DNA of 64,000 nt from Pelagibacteraceae bacterium (GCA_002717485.1 PBDW01000020.1:2802-66801); one strand, 5' to 3'; counted from the first letter of the stretch, positions 29,063-38,991 are shown. Notes: generated by a model not told the origin, from the sequence alone. Numbers and translations: made by a program.

Positions 29063-30206
29063 TAGCAAATTCTTTTTTATAAATAATGACAAATATTAAA
29101 CAAATAGAAAATAGAATAATCATTGGAACGAAAACCATTTGCAAACCGTATAGTTCTGCAATAAAACCCATAATTGCAGGCGCTATCATAAATACACCAT
29201 AAGCAGATATTGAAATAATTGAGATTCCAACAGCGCTATCAACTTCCTTAATATTTCCTGCAAGACTGTATGCTAGGGGTACAATGCTAGATATCCCCAT
29301 ACCAAGTATTCCAAAACCTAAAATAGCAGAATAAAGCGATGAGTAGTTCATTACTATAAACAAGCCAATAAATGATAGAATAAAGAGTAATATTAAAAAA
29401 TTAAAGGTACCTAATATATCTCTAATCCAATCTCCAACTAATCGACCCAATACCATAAAAAAATTAAAAGTTAATGTTGCTGCGCCTATTGCAAATCCGC
29501 TAACAAGGATAATATCTCTCATATATAATGCTGCCCAAGCATCAACAGCACCTTCAGTAAAGGAATCTGCTATTGTAATTAAAGCAAGAATAAAAATTAT
29601 TATTGGCCATATAAAAAAAATACTTTGTTTATTGCCTTTATTAGAATCATTGGAGTCCTCTCCTAAAAATCTAGAAAAAAATACTGTCATAGGAAATAAT
29701 ATAGCTACAACAACAATAATATTAATAAATAAGCTTATTTTCATTTCAACCATAATACTAGTAATAAGAGATCCAATTAACAAACCTAAGCTAAAAAATG
29801 CATGGAAGCCTGACATCATTGACTTTTTCTTTTTCTTTTCAATATTTGAGGCCTGAAAATTCATTGAAACTTCAAAAATACCGTAGGTACAGCCTACAAC
29901 AAATGCTAAGGCTACAAATGCATAAAGATTATTTATAAATGGTACAATTAACCAAGTTATACCCTGCCCGTAACCAGCAATTAATATTACAATTCTTGAG
30001 GAATATTTTTTGATAATGAAATTTGCCATAGTCATTAGAATGATCGAACCTAAAGCAAAGCCAAAAAATATATAGCCTACCCCCAAATAATCAGTAGAAA
30101 TTTGATCTTTAATATCAGGAATACGAATTGTCCATAGACCTGTATAAAAAGCAACAATAAAAAATATCATACGACAAGATATGGTTTCGTCAATTCTATT
30201 AAGCAT
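29049..30206 (-). CDS. MFS transporter
   Basis: 385 aa with about 12 hydrophobic helices and a central basic loop (NIEKKKKKSMM). Substrate is unknown. It overlaps the convergent ygfZ by 14 nt. Confidence 0.8.
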   Translation of the reverse strand: MLNRIDETISCRMIFFIVAFYTGLWTIRIPDIKDQISTDYLGVGYIFFGFALGSIILMTMANFIIKKYSSRIVILIAGYGQGITWLIVPFINNLYAFVALAFVVGCTYGIFEVSMNFQASNIEKKKKKSMMSGFHAFFSLGLLIGSLITSIMVEMKISLFINIIVVVAILFPMTVFFSRFLGEDSNDSNKGNKQSIFFIWPIIIFILALITIADSFTEGAVDAWAALYMRDIILVSGFAIGAATLTFNFFMVLGRLVGDWIRDILGTFNFLILLFILSFIGLFIVMNYSSLYSAILGFGILGMGISSIVPLAYSLAGNIKEVDSAVGISIISISAYGVFMIAPAIMGFIAELYGLQMVFVPMIILFSICLIFVIIYKKEFAINKL

Positions 30207-30272
30207 TTTTTAATTTACGAATTAAGAATAAATATGGTCTGAAACTAAATAAGTAATATCATTTAATTATTA

Positions 30273-31622
30273 TTAATCAAAATATTTTTGATAATAATTT
30301 TTTAACTGTTCTGGACTTAATCTCTGCTGCTTCATCGTGTCCCTGTCCCTAATAGTTACGCTTTTATCTTCAAGTGTCTCAAAGTCTACAGTTATACATA
30401 GTGGAGTTCCTATCTCATCATGTCGACGATAATTTTTTCCAATATTTCCTGAATTTTCTAACATAACTCTTCCTAGTCCAAGTTTTTGTAAATTATTTTT
30501 TATATTTTTTGCCTGATTAACTAACTTATCATTATTTCGTTTTAGTGGAATTACTGCGGCCTTGATAGGAGACAAATGTGGTTTTAAAGCTAATACAATT
30601 CTAGAATTTTTATCATCAACAGTATATGCCTCATTTAATAATGCCAGAAATCCTCTTTCTACGCCTGCCGATGGCTCAATGACATAAGGAATAAACCATT
30701 TTTTATCTTCAAGATTCTGGATTGCAAGTTTAGTTGTTGATTTTAGATTTTTTAAAACTTTAGATGAAATATTAAAATCTTTCTGATTTTTTGTATGTGA
30801 AGCTAAATCAAAATCAGTTCTGTTGGCTATCCCCTCTAATTCTTCTTTGCCGTGTGGAAAATTATACATTATGTCAACAGTGGCTTTAGAATAATGAGAC
30901 AAATCATTTTTATTCACTTCATTAAGTTCTAATCTATTTTTATTAATACCCTGCTCTATCCACCAATGATATCTTGATTCAATCCAGTATTTATGCCATT
31001 TTTCATCAGAACCGGGTTCTACAAAAAACTCCAATTCCATTTGCTCAAATTCCCTTACTCTAAAAATAAAATTTCTAGGGGTTATTTCATTCCTAAAGGC
31101 TTTTCCAATTTGAGCAATTCCAAATGGAAGAACTCTGCTAGTAGAATCTAAAACATTTTTAAAATTTGTAAAAATTTGCTGAGCTGTTTCTGGTCTTAAA
31201 TAGGCAAAACTGCTTCCATCATCAACAGGTCCTATTGAGGTTTTAAACATTAGATTAAAAGGTCTTGGATCAGTTAGATCTTTTGATTTACAGTTTGGGC
31301 AACTTTTATCAATTAATTGGTCTGATTTCCATCTTGACTTACAGGATTTGCAATCTACCAAAGGGTCAGAAAAAGTATCCTCATGTCCAGAATATTTTAA
31401 TACCTCTCGTCCAGTAAGAATGCTGGCGTCTAGACCTTCAATATCATCCCTTTCATATATCATAGATTTCCACCAAGATGATTTAAGATTGTTTTTTAAT
31501 TCGACGCCCATAGGACCATAATCATAAAGACCTTTTACGCCTCCATAAATATCATTAGATTGAAATATGAATCCTCTTCTTTTGCAAAGCGAAACCAATT
31601 CTTCCATTGAACTAGAGACCAT
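30273..31622 (-). CDS. glyQS: glycine--tRNA ligase, homodimeric (alpha2) type
   Basis: Class II motifs ([36 protein letters not shown]), a CxxC-x13-CxxC insertion and a C-terminal anticodon-binding domain. Confidence 0.93.
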   Translation of the reverse strand: MVSSSMEELVSLCKRRGFIFQSNDIYGGVKGLYDYGPMGVELKNNLKSSWWKSMIYERDDIEGLDASILTGREVLKYSGHEDTFSDPLVDCKSCKSRWKSDQLIDKSCPNCKSKDLTDPRPFNLMFKTSIGPVDDGSSFAYLRPETAQQIFTNFKNVLDSTSRVLPFGIAQIGKAFRNEITPRNFIFRVREFEQMELEFFVEPGSDEKWHKYWIESRYHWWIEQGINKNRLELNEVNKNDLSHYSKATVDIMYNFPHGKEELEGIANRTDFDLASHTKNQKDFNISSKVLKNLKSTTKLAIQNLEDKKWFIPYVIEPSAGVERGFLALLNEAYTVDDKNSRIVLALKPHLSPIKAAVIPLKRNNDKLVNQAKNIKNNLQKLGLGRVMLENSGNIGKNYRRHDEIGTPLCITVDFETLEDKSVTIRDRDTMKQQRLSPEQLKNYYQKYFD

Positions 31623-31650
31623 AGCAACCTTTATTTTGTAAAAACACTAA

Positions 31651-31812
31651 TTATTCCCTCGGTTTGTATTCGTTAGTTTTTGGATCTTTCTTCAAATCTA
31701 TTATTTCATCTTTTATATTTTTTTTATTATTTTGATTTTTTAAATTTAAAGAAAAAAGTCTAAAAAATAGTAAAACAAAAATAATAATAATGAATAAAAT
31801 TATATACTTCAT
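31651..31812 (-). CDS. small single-pass membrane protein (hypothetical)
   Basis: MKYIILFIIIIFVLLFFRLFSL followed by a Lys-rich tail. Its ATG overlaps the sppA stop by 1 nt (TAATG). There is no homology evidence. Confidence 0.45.
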   Translation of the reverse strand: MKYIILFIIIIFVLLFFRLFSLNLKNQNNKKNIKDEIIDLKKDPKTNEYKPRE

Positions 31813-32633
31813 TAAAGCCCAAATCTTGACCAATATGCTTTTTCTTCAAGCGCATAAATGATTTCAGAAGAATCAATTAATTTAGTATTTGCTAATGAAG
31901 AAAATCTTTTTTGAATAAAAGATTTTTTTTGTTCGATAAATCTTATTTTTGTCTTGCTGCCATATTTTTTCTTCATAGTACTTTCTATATGACCTATAGA
32001 ATCAGCTAATCCAAGCTTAATAGCTTGATCGCCAATCCAAAAAAGTCCGTTAAAAATGTTTTTATCTTTCAATTTTATTTTGTTGCCCCTGCTTTTTTTT
32101 ACATATTTAATAAAATTTTTATGAATTTGCTCCTGAATACCTTTGAGTCTTTTTATATCTTCTTGTTTTATTGCTTTAAAAGGATCTAAAAAACTCTTGC
32201 TTTTTCCTGACGTATATACCCTTCTTTCTATGCCTAATTTTTTGAGCATTTGAACAAAACCAAAACCTGGAGATATCACTCCGATAGAACCAACAATGGA
32301 ATTCTCATCAATATATATTTCATCTGCAGCACAAGCCAGCCAATATCCGCCTGAAGCAGCAACATCTTCTACAAATGCATAAACTTTTATTTTATTTTTA
32401 ATTGCTAAAGATCTTATTTTTGAAGCTATTAAGGATGACTGAGTTGGGGATCCCCCAGGTGAGTTTATTAGCAATGCTATTGCAGGTGCTTTTTTAAAAG
32501 AAAAGGCTTTTTCTATTATTTTATCAAGATTGCTCATATTTAAACCGCTTCGTAAGGAACCACCCTGTCCTATTACGCCAGATAATTTAATTACTGGAAC
32601 TTCTTTATAATTTTTAAAAATTTTTCCAAACAT
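31812..32633 (-). CDS. sppA: signal peptide peptidase SppA, 36K type (S49)
   Basis: LLINSPGGSP and VAASGGYWLACAAD blocks of the S49 family. Confidence 0.9.
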   Translation of the reverse strand: MFGKIFKNYKEVPVIKLSGVIGQGGSLRSGLNMSNLDKIIEKAFSFKKAPAIALLINSPGGSPTQSSLIASKIRSLAIKNKIKVYAFVEDVAASGGYWLACAADEIYIDENSIVGSIGVISPGFGFVQMLKKLGIERRVYTSGKSKSFLDPFKAIKQEDIKRLKGIQEQIHKNFIKYVKKSRGNKIKLKDKNIFNGLFWIGDQAIKLGLADSIGHIESTMKKKYGSKTKIRFIEQKKSFIQKRFSSLANTKLIDSSEIIYALEEKAYWSRFGL

Positions 32634-32652
32634 TTATTGATATTATCAAAAC

Positions 32653-33378
32653 TTACGCTAAGGACAAAGAACTTCCTTTCCTAAGTACATCATTAATATT
32701 ATTCATAAAACTCTTATCATTTTTATGAATAATTATTTTGTTTAATTCTATACATTCTGTCTTGTTGGCCATTTTTTTAGCATAAATTATTGCCCTATCT
32801 GGCAATTTATCCTCAAATGAGGAAATAGGATAAGTTTTTATGATGTCAAAATATTTTTTTAATATTTCAATAATTTCCTTAATTCGAGAATATGGAAATA
32901 TCGTATAATACTCTCCTCTATCTTTTAAATTACCTATAACTTTTTGAATCCATTCATCTAAATTTAATGATTCAATTTTTGCATCGTTCTTGAGATCATT
33001 TTTTGAAATAAATGAAGAATCTTGCTTAAACCAAGGAGGATTACTTACAATTATATCACTCTGCATATTAATAATATTTATAAAATCTTTATTCAAAAAA
33101 TCAATTTTTGCATTAACAGAATTGAATGTCATAGATTTTTTTGCAAGACTGTAATATTCAAAATTCTTTTCTACCCCTATTACTTTAATATTATCACATC
33201 TAAAAGCTAGGCAGTATGAAATTACACCTGTTCCTGAACCGGCATCAATGACCGTATCTCCTGCCTTACATTTTACAGAAGCGGCTAAAATAACGGAATC
33301 TATACCTGCACGATAACCTTTTGTATGCTGATAAATTCTTATTTTCCCATTTAAAAATTTGTCTAAAGATGAATCCAT
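32653..33378 (-). CDS. SAM-dependent N6-adenine-type methyltransferase (TrmN6/YfiC-like)
   Basis: SAM motif VIDAGSGTGVIS and catalytic NPPW (IVSNPPWF). The target is not determinable from sequence alone. Confidence 0.8.
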   Translation of the reverse strand: MDSSLDKFLNGKIRIYQHTKGYRAGIDSVILAASVKCKAGDTVIDAGSGTGVISYCLAFRCDNIKVIGVEKNFEYYSLAKKSMTFNSVNAKIDFLNKDFINIINMQSDIIVSNPPWFKQDSSFISKNDLKNDAKIESLNLDEWIQKVIGNLKDRGEYYTIFPYSRIKEIIEILKKYFDIIKTYPISSFEDKLPDRAIIYAKKMANKTECIELNKIIIHKNDKSFMNNINDVLRKGSSLSLA

Positions 33379-33424
33379 ATGTTGATTAATTATTTCAAGA
33401 TTATATATATCAATATGATTTGAT

Positions 33425-34456
33425 ATGGCAAAAATTGTAAAGTTTAAAGAAATAAATAAAGATTTCGATCAATCGATGAATGAGCTTTATGAAGTATGCG
33501 AAAATGACATAAATGAAATAAATAACCTTATTATTGAAAAACTAGAAAGCAACGTTGCATTAGTAAAAGAAATAACAAAATACCTAATTTTATCTGGAGG
33601 AAAAAGATTAAGACCGCTTCTTACAGTTGCTTGTGCTAGGATGTCTGGATATGGGAATAGGAAGGAAGAAAGACGGCATATCAACCTTGCAGCTGCAATT
33701 GAGTTCATTCATACGGCAACACTTATGCATGATGATGTAGTTGATAAAAGTGAATCTAGAAGGGGAAAACCGTCTTCGAATACAATTTGGGGCAATAAAA
33801 CTAGTGTGCTAGTTGGTGACTTTTTATTTAGTAGAGCTTTTCAGTTAATGGCAAAAGATAAGTCAAATCATATTATGAAGATTCTATCTGATACAAGTGT
33901 AATTATTTCAGAAGGTGAAATACTTGAACTTTCTGTTGATAGAAATCCAACAATTTCAGAAAATGTATATTTTGAAGTTATTAATGGAAAAACTGCTTCA
34001 TTATTTAGTGCAGCGTGTGAAGTAGCAGGAATTATAGCTAATTTAGACACTAATAAGATTCAAGCGCTTAAAACCTTTGGAACAAATTTTGGAATGGCCT
34101 TCCAACTCATTGATGACAGTCTCGATTATTCATCCACCTTTAATAAAATAGGTAAACAAATTGGTGACGATTTCAAAGAGGGAAAGATAACCCTGCCAGT
34201 GATATTGTGCTATCTTAGAGGAAATGAAAGTGAAAAAAAATTCTGGGACAGAACAATAAATAAGCTTAATCAAAAAACTAATGATTTTTCTGATGCTATA
34301 AGTTTAATTGAAAAATATAATTGTATCGAAGATACTATTATAAGAGCAAAACATTTTTCGAATATTGCGAAAGATAGTTTAGGTGCTTTTGAAAATAATG
34401 ATTATAAAATAGCGCTTTTAAATATTGTTGATCAAAGTTTTAATCGTACAAGTTAA
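33425..34456 (+). CDS. ispB: polyprenyl (octaprenyl-type) diphosphate synthase
   Basis: First and second Asp-rich motifs MHDDVVD and LIDDSLDY, plus GKRLRP. Confidence 0.9.
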   Translation: MAKIVKFKEINKDFDQSMNELYEVCENDINEINNLIIEKLESNVALVKEITKYLILSGGKRLRPLLTVACARMSGYGNRKEERRHINLAAAIEFIHTATLMHDDVVDKSESRRGKPSSNTIWGNKTSVLVGDFLFSRAFQLMAKDKSNHIMKILSDTSVIISEGEILELSVDRNPTISENVYFEVINGKTASLFSAACEVAGIIANLDTNKIQALKTFGTNFGMAFQLIDDSLDYSSTFNKIGKQIGDDFKEGKITLPVILCYLRGNESEKKFWDRTINKLNQKTNDFSDAISLIEKYNCIEDTIIRAKHFSNIAKDSLGAFENNDYKIALLNIVDQSFNRTS

Positions 34457-34459
34457 ATA

Positions 34460-34846
34460 TTAATAACTTGAATATGATTTTACCTCGATCATTTCTGAAT
34501 TAAATTCCTTATTGATTCTAAGTTTTATCTCTGCGCGAATATCATTATTTTTATAAACTGACCTTGCTAAGTCAATAAATAACTGGTCAAATGCTCTTGC
34601 TCTTTCGCACTCTCTAATTTTATCTTCTATATTCCAAAGTTTAGTATTAATTTTAAGCATTTCATCAAGAAATTCTTTAATTTTATTTTCATCAAGATTT
34701 TTCTCGTTTATTGAATGATTTAGTTCGTCGAACTCTTTTTTTATATATTGAATTTTGTGAATATCAGTTATCTTTTCCATTTTAATTAATAAAATAGAAA
34801 TTTTATCTATAACCTCTCCAATCGATACTGGTATTTTAATTATCAT
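34460..34846 (-). CDS. hypothetical helical protein (DUF6165-like, tentative)
   Basis: 128 aa. GEVIDKISILLIKMEKI...LWNIEDKIRECE...ARSVYKNNDIRAEIK resembles what I recall of DUF6165. It overlaps the upstream cupin gene by 4 nt. Confidence 0.7.
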   Translation of the reverse strand: MIIKIPVSIGEVIDKISILLIKMEKITDIHKIQYIKKEFDELNHSINEKNLDENKIKEFLDEMLKINTKLWNIEDKIRECERARAFDQLFIDLARSVYKNNDIRAEIKLRINKEFNSEMIEVKSYSSY

Positions 34847-35196
34847 AATTTAGTTTCACGACCATAGATGTCTTCATATCTATAAATATCCTCTTCGTCC
34901 AGTTTGTCACCAATTTGAACCTCTATTAGTATTAAATCTTTATCTGAAGTATTTTCTATCCGGTGCTTGGAGCCAAGAGGGACATAAATGGACTCATTTA
35001 TACCAAGATCATAAGAGTTTTCATCAATCACTATTCTAGCTGAGCCTTGAACAACTACCCAGTGCTCTGACCTAAATTTATGACTTTGTAAGGATAGTTT
35101 TGAATTAGGTTTGACAAATATCTTTTTTACAAGATATCCTTCCTGAATATTTAGGTTTTCATACCAACCCCAAGGTTTATTTATATTTTTAGACAT
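34843..35196 (-). CDS. cupin-domain protein (type II phosphomannose isomerase C-terminal cupin-like)
   Basis: KPWGWYE, LSLQSHKFRSEHWVVVQG and VPLGSKHRIEN blocks. Confidence 0.8.
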   Translation of the reverse strand: MSKNINKPWGWYENLNIQEGYLVKKIFVKPNSKLSLQSHKFRSEHWVVVQGSARIVIDENSYDLGINESIYVPLGSKHRIENTSDKDLILIEVQIGDKLDEEDIYRYEDIYGRETKL

Positions 35197-35263
35197 GATA
35201 TTACTTGACCTCTATAAATGAAATTCTCGTTCAAAACTAGTTTATTTAAAATGTTCCTAAAAA

Positions 35264-35911
35264 ATGGTTAAAGTAGCGCCTTCAATACTTGCGGCTGATT
35301 TTGGAAATCTCAAAAGTGAGATCAATTTAATTGAATCTTCAGAGTGTGATTATATTCATTGCGATATAATGGACGGGCATTTTGTTCCAAATATATCATT
35401 TGGTCCGGATATAATTAAACAAATTAGAAAAATGACAAATAAAGTTCTTGATGTGCACTTAATGATAAAACCAGTATTACCTTATATTAAAAATTTTGCA
35501 GATGCGGGTTCAGACATTATAACATTTCACATTGAAGAGGAGAATGATCCTGAAAAAATTATTAGTGAAATAAAAAAATATAATATTAAGACAGGCGTTG
35601 CTCTAAAACCTGCTACGCCATTAAGATCTATAGAGAATATTATAGATATTGTTGATTTAGTTTTAATTATGACAGTTGAGCCAGGATTTGGTGGACAAAG
35701 TTTTATGGACAATCAAATAAGTAAAATCTGTGAACTAAAAGAATTGGTCATACAAAGATCCTTAAATATTGAGATTGAAGTAGATGGAGGAATTGATGAA
35801 TTGACTGGAAAACAGTGTATTAAAGCAGGTGCAAACGTTTTAGTTGCTGGAACTTATATTTTTAATAATGAAGGCAATAAATATGCACAAAAAATACTAT
35901 CATTAAGATAA
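35264..35911 (+). CDS. rpe: ribulose-phosphate 3-epimerase
   Basis: VAPSILAADFGNL, HCDIMDGHFVPN, MTVEPGFGGQSF, VDGGI. Confidence 0.96.
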   Translation: MVKVAPSILAADFGNLKSEINLIESSECDYIHCDIMDGHFVPNISFGPDIIKQIRKMTNKVLDVHLMIKPVLPYIKNFADAGSDIITFHIEEENDPEKIISEIKKYNIKTGVALKPATPLRSIENIIDIVDLVLIMTVEPGFGGQSFMDNQISKICELKELVIQRSLNIEIEVDGGIDELTGKQCIKAGANVLVAGTYIFNNEGNKYAQKILSLR

Positions 35912-35960
35912 ATAAAGGTTTTGACTGAAAATTATTTAAAGTATAGAAAAACCCAATAAT

Positions 35961-36044
35961 ATGGGATATCCAAAAAAACATAGAGGTCGAAGAAAACGCG
36001 GCTCCAAGTATAGAAGAAACAAGAAAAGACAAAAGAAAAAGTAG
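35961..36044 (+). CDS. 27-codon ultra-basic micro-ORF (hypothetical; below the ORF-track cutoff)
   Basis: ATG...TAG encodes MGYPKKHRGRRKRGSKYRRNKKRQKKK (19 of 27 residues are K/R/H). It lies in a 164-nt spacer between rpe and tRNA-Lys. There is no clear SD, and coding status is unproven. Confidence 0.3.
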   Translation: MGYPKKHRGRRKRGSKYRRNKKRQKKK

Positions 36045-36075
36045 GGTTTGTTAATCCAGCAATAAATCTTTATTT

Positions 36076-36152
36076 AGGACCCATAGCTCAATTGGTAGAG
36101 CATTCGACTCTTAATCGACAGGTTGACGGTTCAAGTCCGTCTGGGTCCACCA
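36076..36152 (+). tRNA. tRNA-Lys (CUU anticodon)
   Basis: GGACCCATAGCTCAATTGGTAGAGCATTCGACTCTTAATCGACAGGGTTGACGGTTCAAGTCCGTCTGGGTCCACCA. It has a perfect 7-bp acceptor stem, D stem GCTC/GAGC, loop CT-CTT-AA, T stem GACGG/CCGTC and encoded CCA. The top of the anticodon stem and the variable region are slightly irregular. Confidence 0.88.
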
Positions 36153-36184
36153 CGCAGTTAAATTTTTAAATTTTATAAAAATAA

Positions 36185-36508
36185 TTAATTTTTTAAATCA
36201 GTTGCTCCAGTTTCTGAGCGAATAATTTTTCCATCCTTTATCACATATACTACAAGAACTGCCTGCCTTGAACCATCCTTAAAAGAAACAAAAAAATGAG
36301 CTACGCCTATTTCATCATTTTCATAAATGATACGCTGATTTTCAGTCTTTGGACCTTCATCACCCATAATAAATTTATTTACCTCATCTCTAAGAATATG
36401 TTTTCCAGTTGAATGTTGAATCCAAACATAATCTTCACTAAGTATTTCATTAATTTTTTCTAAATCTTTTTTTTCTTGAGCATCCCAAAGTTTTTGTATC
36501 ACTGACAT
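36185..36508 (-). CDS. small NTF2/SnoaL-like fold protein (hypothetical)
   Basis: 107 aa. An N-terminal helix (VIQKLWDAQEKKDLEKINEILSEDYVW) followed by beta-rich sequence suggests the NTF2-like fold. This is a tentative call. Confidence 0.6.
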   Translation of the reverse strand: MSVIQKLWDAQEKKDLEKINEILSEDYVWIQHSTGKHILRDEVNKFIMGDEGPKTENQRIIYENDEIGVAHFFVSFKDGSRQAVLVVYVIKDGKIIRSETGATDLKN

Positions 36509-36534
36509 TCTGTATTCCTTAATATTTTATTAAT

Positions 36535-36843
36535 CTAGTTAAAAACAACTCTCATTTCATCCTGAATGGTTCCTTCGATAAAAACACCTTCCATCTTTTT
36601 CATTGATTCTATCATTCTGGGGTCAGCTGAAATCTTAGCATCTAATTCCATAGCTTCTCCTGTCATCATTTCCCCAATATGTGTCCATCGTATAGTTCTA
36701 GGATTGCCTCCAATTTGAAAAGATACATGAATATCGTATCCGGCATGCTCTTTTGATATCGCAGCCTGTTCCTTAGCGATTTCCATTGCTTCTCCTAATT
36801 TATTATCGTGAACTCCTATGGTTCTTGTATAAATCATTTTCAT
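36535..36843 (-). CDS. hypothetical cytoplasmic protein
   Basis: 102 aa with non-low-complexity composition and no motif I recognise. It is co-directional with the HupE gene 44 nt upstream. Confidence 0.6.
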   Translation of the reverse strand: MKMIYTRTIGVHDNKLGEAMEIAKEQAAISKEHAGYDIHVSFQIGGNPRTIRWTHIGEMMTGEAMELDAKISADPRMIESMKKMEGVFIEGTIQDEMRVVFN

Positions 36844-36887
36844 TTTATTATCCCTTAAGTTTAAATTAAGTTTTTATTAAAATATAA

Positions 36888-37496
36888 CTATATGGCAAAT
36901 AGCAAATAAATTCCGTATATAGCGCAAAAAAAACCTGCTATACGAAGAAGCAATGTTGAAAAAAAATTTTGGGTTGCAAAATATCCTATGGCAACACCGA
37001 ATAAATGTAAAATCGCAGTACCGGATGTAAACCCAAGTGCAAAAAGTATAGGATTTGCAGCCCAGGGCATTTCTAAACCGTGAGCAATTCCGTGAAATAA
37101 GCCGAATATACCAATAAAAATTATTGTAACTTTGTTTGGAATTTTTTGTTCCATTGAAATTGCAATCCCCAAAAGAATAACTGATAAAATAATTGCAACT
37201 TCAACACTCATAGTAATATAGTCTTTAGAATTGTATTGATGACTTAATTCAAAGCTTATCCCTACAATTCCTCCAATAAGCATAATACAAACAAAAGTAG
37301 TTGGAATTTTCCATATGGCCCTTCCTCCAATTTGAGCACTAATAACACCGACACTAACCATTGCTAGAAAATGATCAATTCCCAAGACTGGATGAGAAAT
37401 ACCGTCATAAAACCCTACCATTCCTGTAAATGTATGGGCTTCGGCCAAAGATGAAAAGAAAGAAAGGAATAAAAAAAATATTATAAATCTAAACAT
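36888..37496 (-). CDS. HupE/UreJ-family metal (Ni/Co-type) permease
   Basis: Signal peptide ...SSLAEA then mature N-terminal His (HTFTG). HX5DH signature in TM1 (SHPVLGIDHF) and a second FHGIAHG motif. 202 aa with about 6 TM helices. Confidence 0.85.
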   Translation of the reverse strand: MFRFIIFFLFLSFFSSLAEAHTFTGMVGFYDGISHPVLGIDHFLAMVSVGVISAQIGGRAIWKIPTTFVCIMLIGGIVGISFELSHQYNSKDYITMSVEVAIILSVILLGIAISMEQKIPNKVTIIFIGIFGLFHGIAHGLEMPWAANPILFALGFTSGTAILHLFGVAIGYFATQNFFSTLLLRIAGFFCAIYGIYLLFAI

Positions 37497-37498
37497 TT

Positions 37499-38719
37499 TT
37501 AAGCTTTGCTTGCAGATAATCTAGGTAAAGGTTTTTCTATGATTGGCAAATGAAATGCCGAGGAAATTAATCCAAGCGCAACGCATATCCACCACATAGC
37601 ATCATAAGATCCATAGTAATCGAATATTCTTCCCCCCATCCAGGATCCAAGGAATGATCCAACTTGATGAGAAAAGAAGGTGATTCCATAAAGCATTGAC
37701 ATATAAAAAGGCCCAAAAACAACACTTATAATTCCGCTTGTTAGAGGAACGGTTGAAAGCCACAATATTCCAAGCATTGCAGAAAAAAATAAAACAGTAA
37801 TTTCATTTTTTGGAAGAAGGATAAACATTAAAAATAAAACTGATCTCAATGTATAAAGAAGTGCCAAAAGATTTTTCTTTGACATTTTATCGCCCAAATA
37901 TCCAAAATAAAGTGTGCCAATTACGTTAAATAATCCAATTAATGCTAACGACCACCCTCCCAACCAAAAAGGTAAATTTTCATCTTCAAGAAAAGCTGGT
38001 AAATGAACAGCAACAAAAGTGACGTGAAAACCACACACAAAAAATCCAAGAGCTAGTAGAATGAAACTTTTTGTTTTAAAAGCTTCGTTAAGGGCTTCGC
38101 TAATTGATTGCTCGCTTCCTTTTTTTGATTCATCAGATCTGCTAGATACGCCCATAGAAAAAGAAAATAATATCATAATGCAAGCTATAAATGACAGATA
38201 ATACAGTGAATACGACCAGCCAACTTTTTCAATTAAATAGGCTACAAGCGGTATCATAACAAATTGACCGAATGATCCTGCCGCCATAACAACTCCAAGC
38301 GACAGTGTTCTGTTTTCAACCTTTACTGTTCTTCCGACGGCGCCCATAACTACCGCAGTTCCGCAACCGGCTGCCCCCAATCCATAAAGTGTTTGAGATC
38401 CTATAATATCAAAAGAACTGTTAGTGTTAGCCATCCACAATAAACCTATAATTGCACAACTTACACCTAACAAAGATGCCTTTCCTGATCCGTACTTATC
38501 TGACAGACCGCCAAATAATGGCGATCCGATTCCAATCATTAAAACCTGGCAAGCAACAGCAAAACCAAAAACTTCTCTCCCTGTCCCCAAATAGCCAGTA
38601 ATAGGCACCAAATACAAACCAGAGGAATGACGTATCCCAAAAGAAATCAAAAGTAACATGCTCCCGCCTATGATAACTAAAATAGGTATTAGGTTTGGCT
38701 TGCTTTCTAATAATTTCAT
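37499..38719 (-). CDS. MFS transporter (substrate unknown)
   Basis: 406 aa with 12 predicted helices and a GGLSDKYG loop motif between TM2 and TM3. There is a 2-nt gap to the HupE gene. Confidence 0.85.
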   Translation of the reverse strand: MKLLESKPNLIPILVIIGGSMLLLISFGIRHSSGLYLVPITGYLGTGREVFGFAVACQVLMIGIGSPLFGGLSDKYGSGKASLLGVSCAIIGLLWMANTNSSFDIIGSQTLYGLGAAGCGTAVVMGAVGRTVKVENRTLSLGVVMAAGSFGQFVMIPLVAYLIEKVGWSYSLYYLSFIACIMILFSFSMGVSSRSDESKKGSEQSISEALNEAFKTKSFILLALGFFVCGFHVTFVAVHLPAFLEDENLPFWLGGWSLALIGLFNVIGTLYFGYLGDKMSKKNLLALLYTLRSVLFLMFILLPKNEITVLFFSAMLGILWLSTVPLTSGIISVVFGPFYMSMLYGITFFSHQVGSFLGSWMGGRIFDYYGSYDAMWWICVALGLISSAFHLPIIEKPLPRLSASKA

Positions 38720-38991
38720 TCAATGATACCTAAACAATATTGGATTACTTTTTGGAAGTTAATATTATTAAAATGATACATATACATAAAAATCATAAAA
38801 AGAAGCATTATAGCTAATAACCTTAAATACCATATAAAATTTATTTTATTTATGATACTTGGGGAGGATTTATCAATTGAATTAAATTGATCTTTCTTTG
38901 AAAGTTTTTTTAATAAAAGTAATGACAATTCAATCCAGGCCCAGCAGAGGGCAAAGGCTAAAATTACAATTGATGTAGCTAAAATATTCAT
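38716..38991 (-). CDS. small 2-3 TM membrane protein (hypothetical)
   Basis: The ATG at 38991 gives MNILATSIVILAFALCWAWIEL.... Its stop overlaps the MFS start (ATGA). The track's TTG start at 39009 would leave only 14 nt to the divergent sbmA-like gene. Confidence 0.5.
   Translation of the reverse strand: MNILATSIVILAFALCWAWIELSLLLLKKLSKKDQFNSIDKSSPSIINKINFIWYLRLLAIMLLFMIFMYMYHFNNINFQKVIQYCLGIIE

Noticed and set aside
30273-31622. An alpha2-type GlyRS with a CxxC-x13-CxxC insert (31290-31352) as a possible foreign replacement of glyQ/glyS.
   Set aside because: The Cys4 insert is, as far as I recall, common in bacterial alpha2 GlyRS. Without a taxonomic placement or phylogeny I cannot say the type is unexpected, and nothing in the local context (no flanking repeats, normal composition) suggests transfer.
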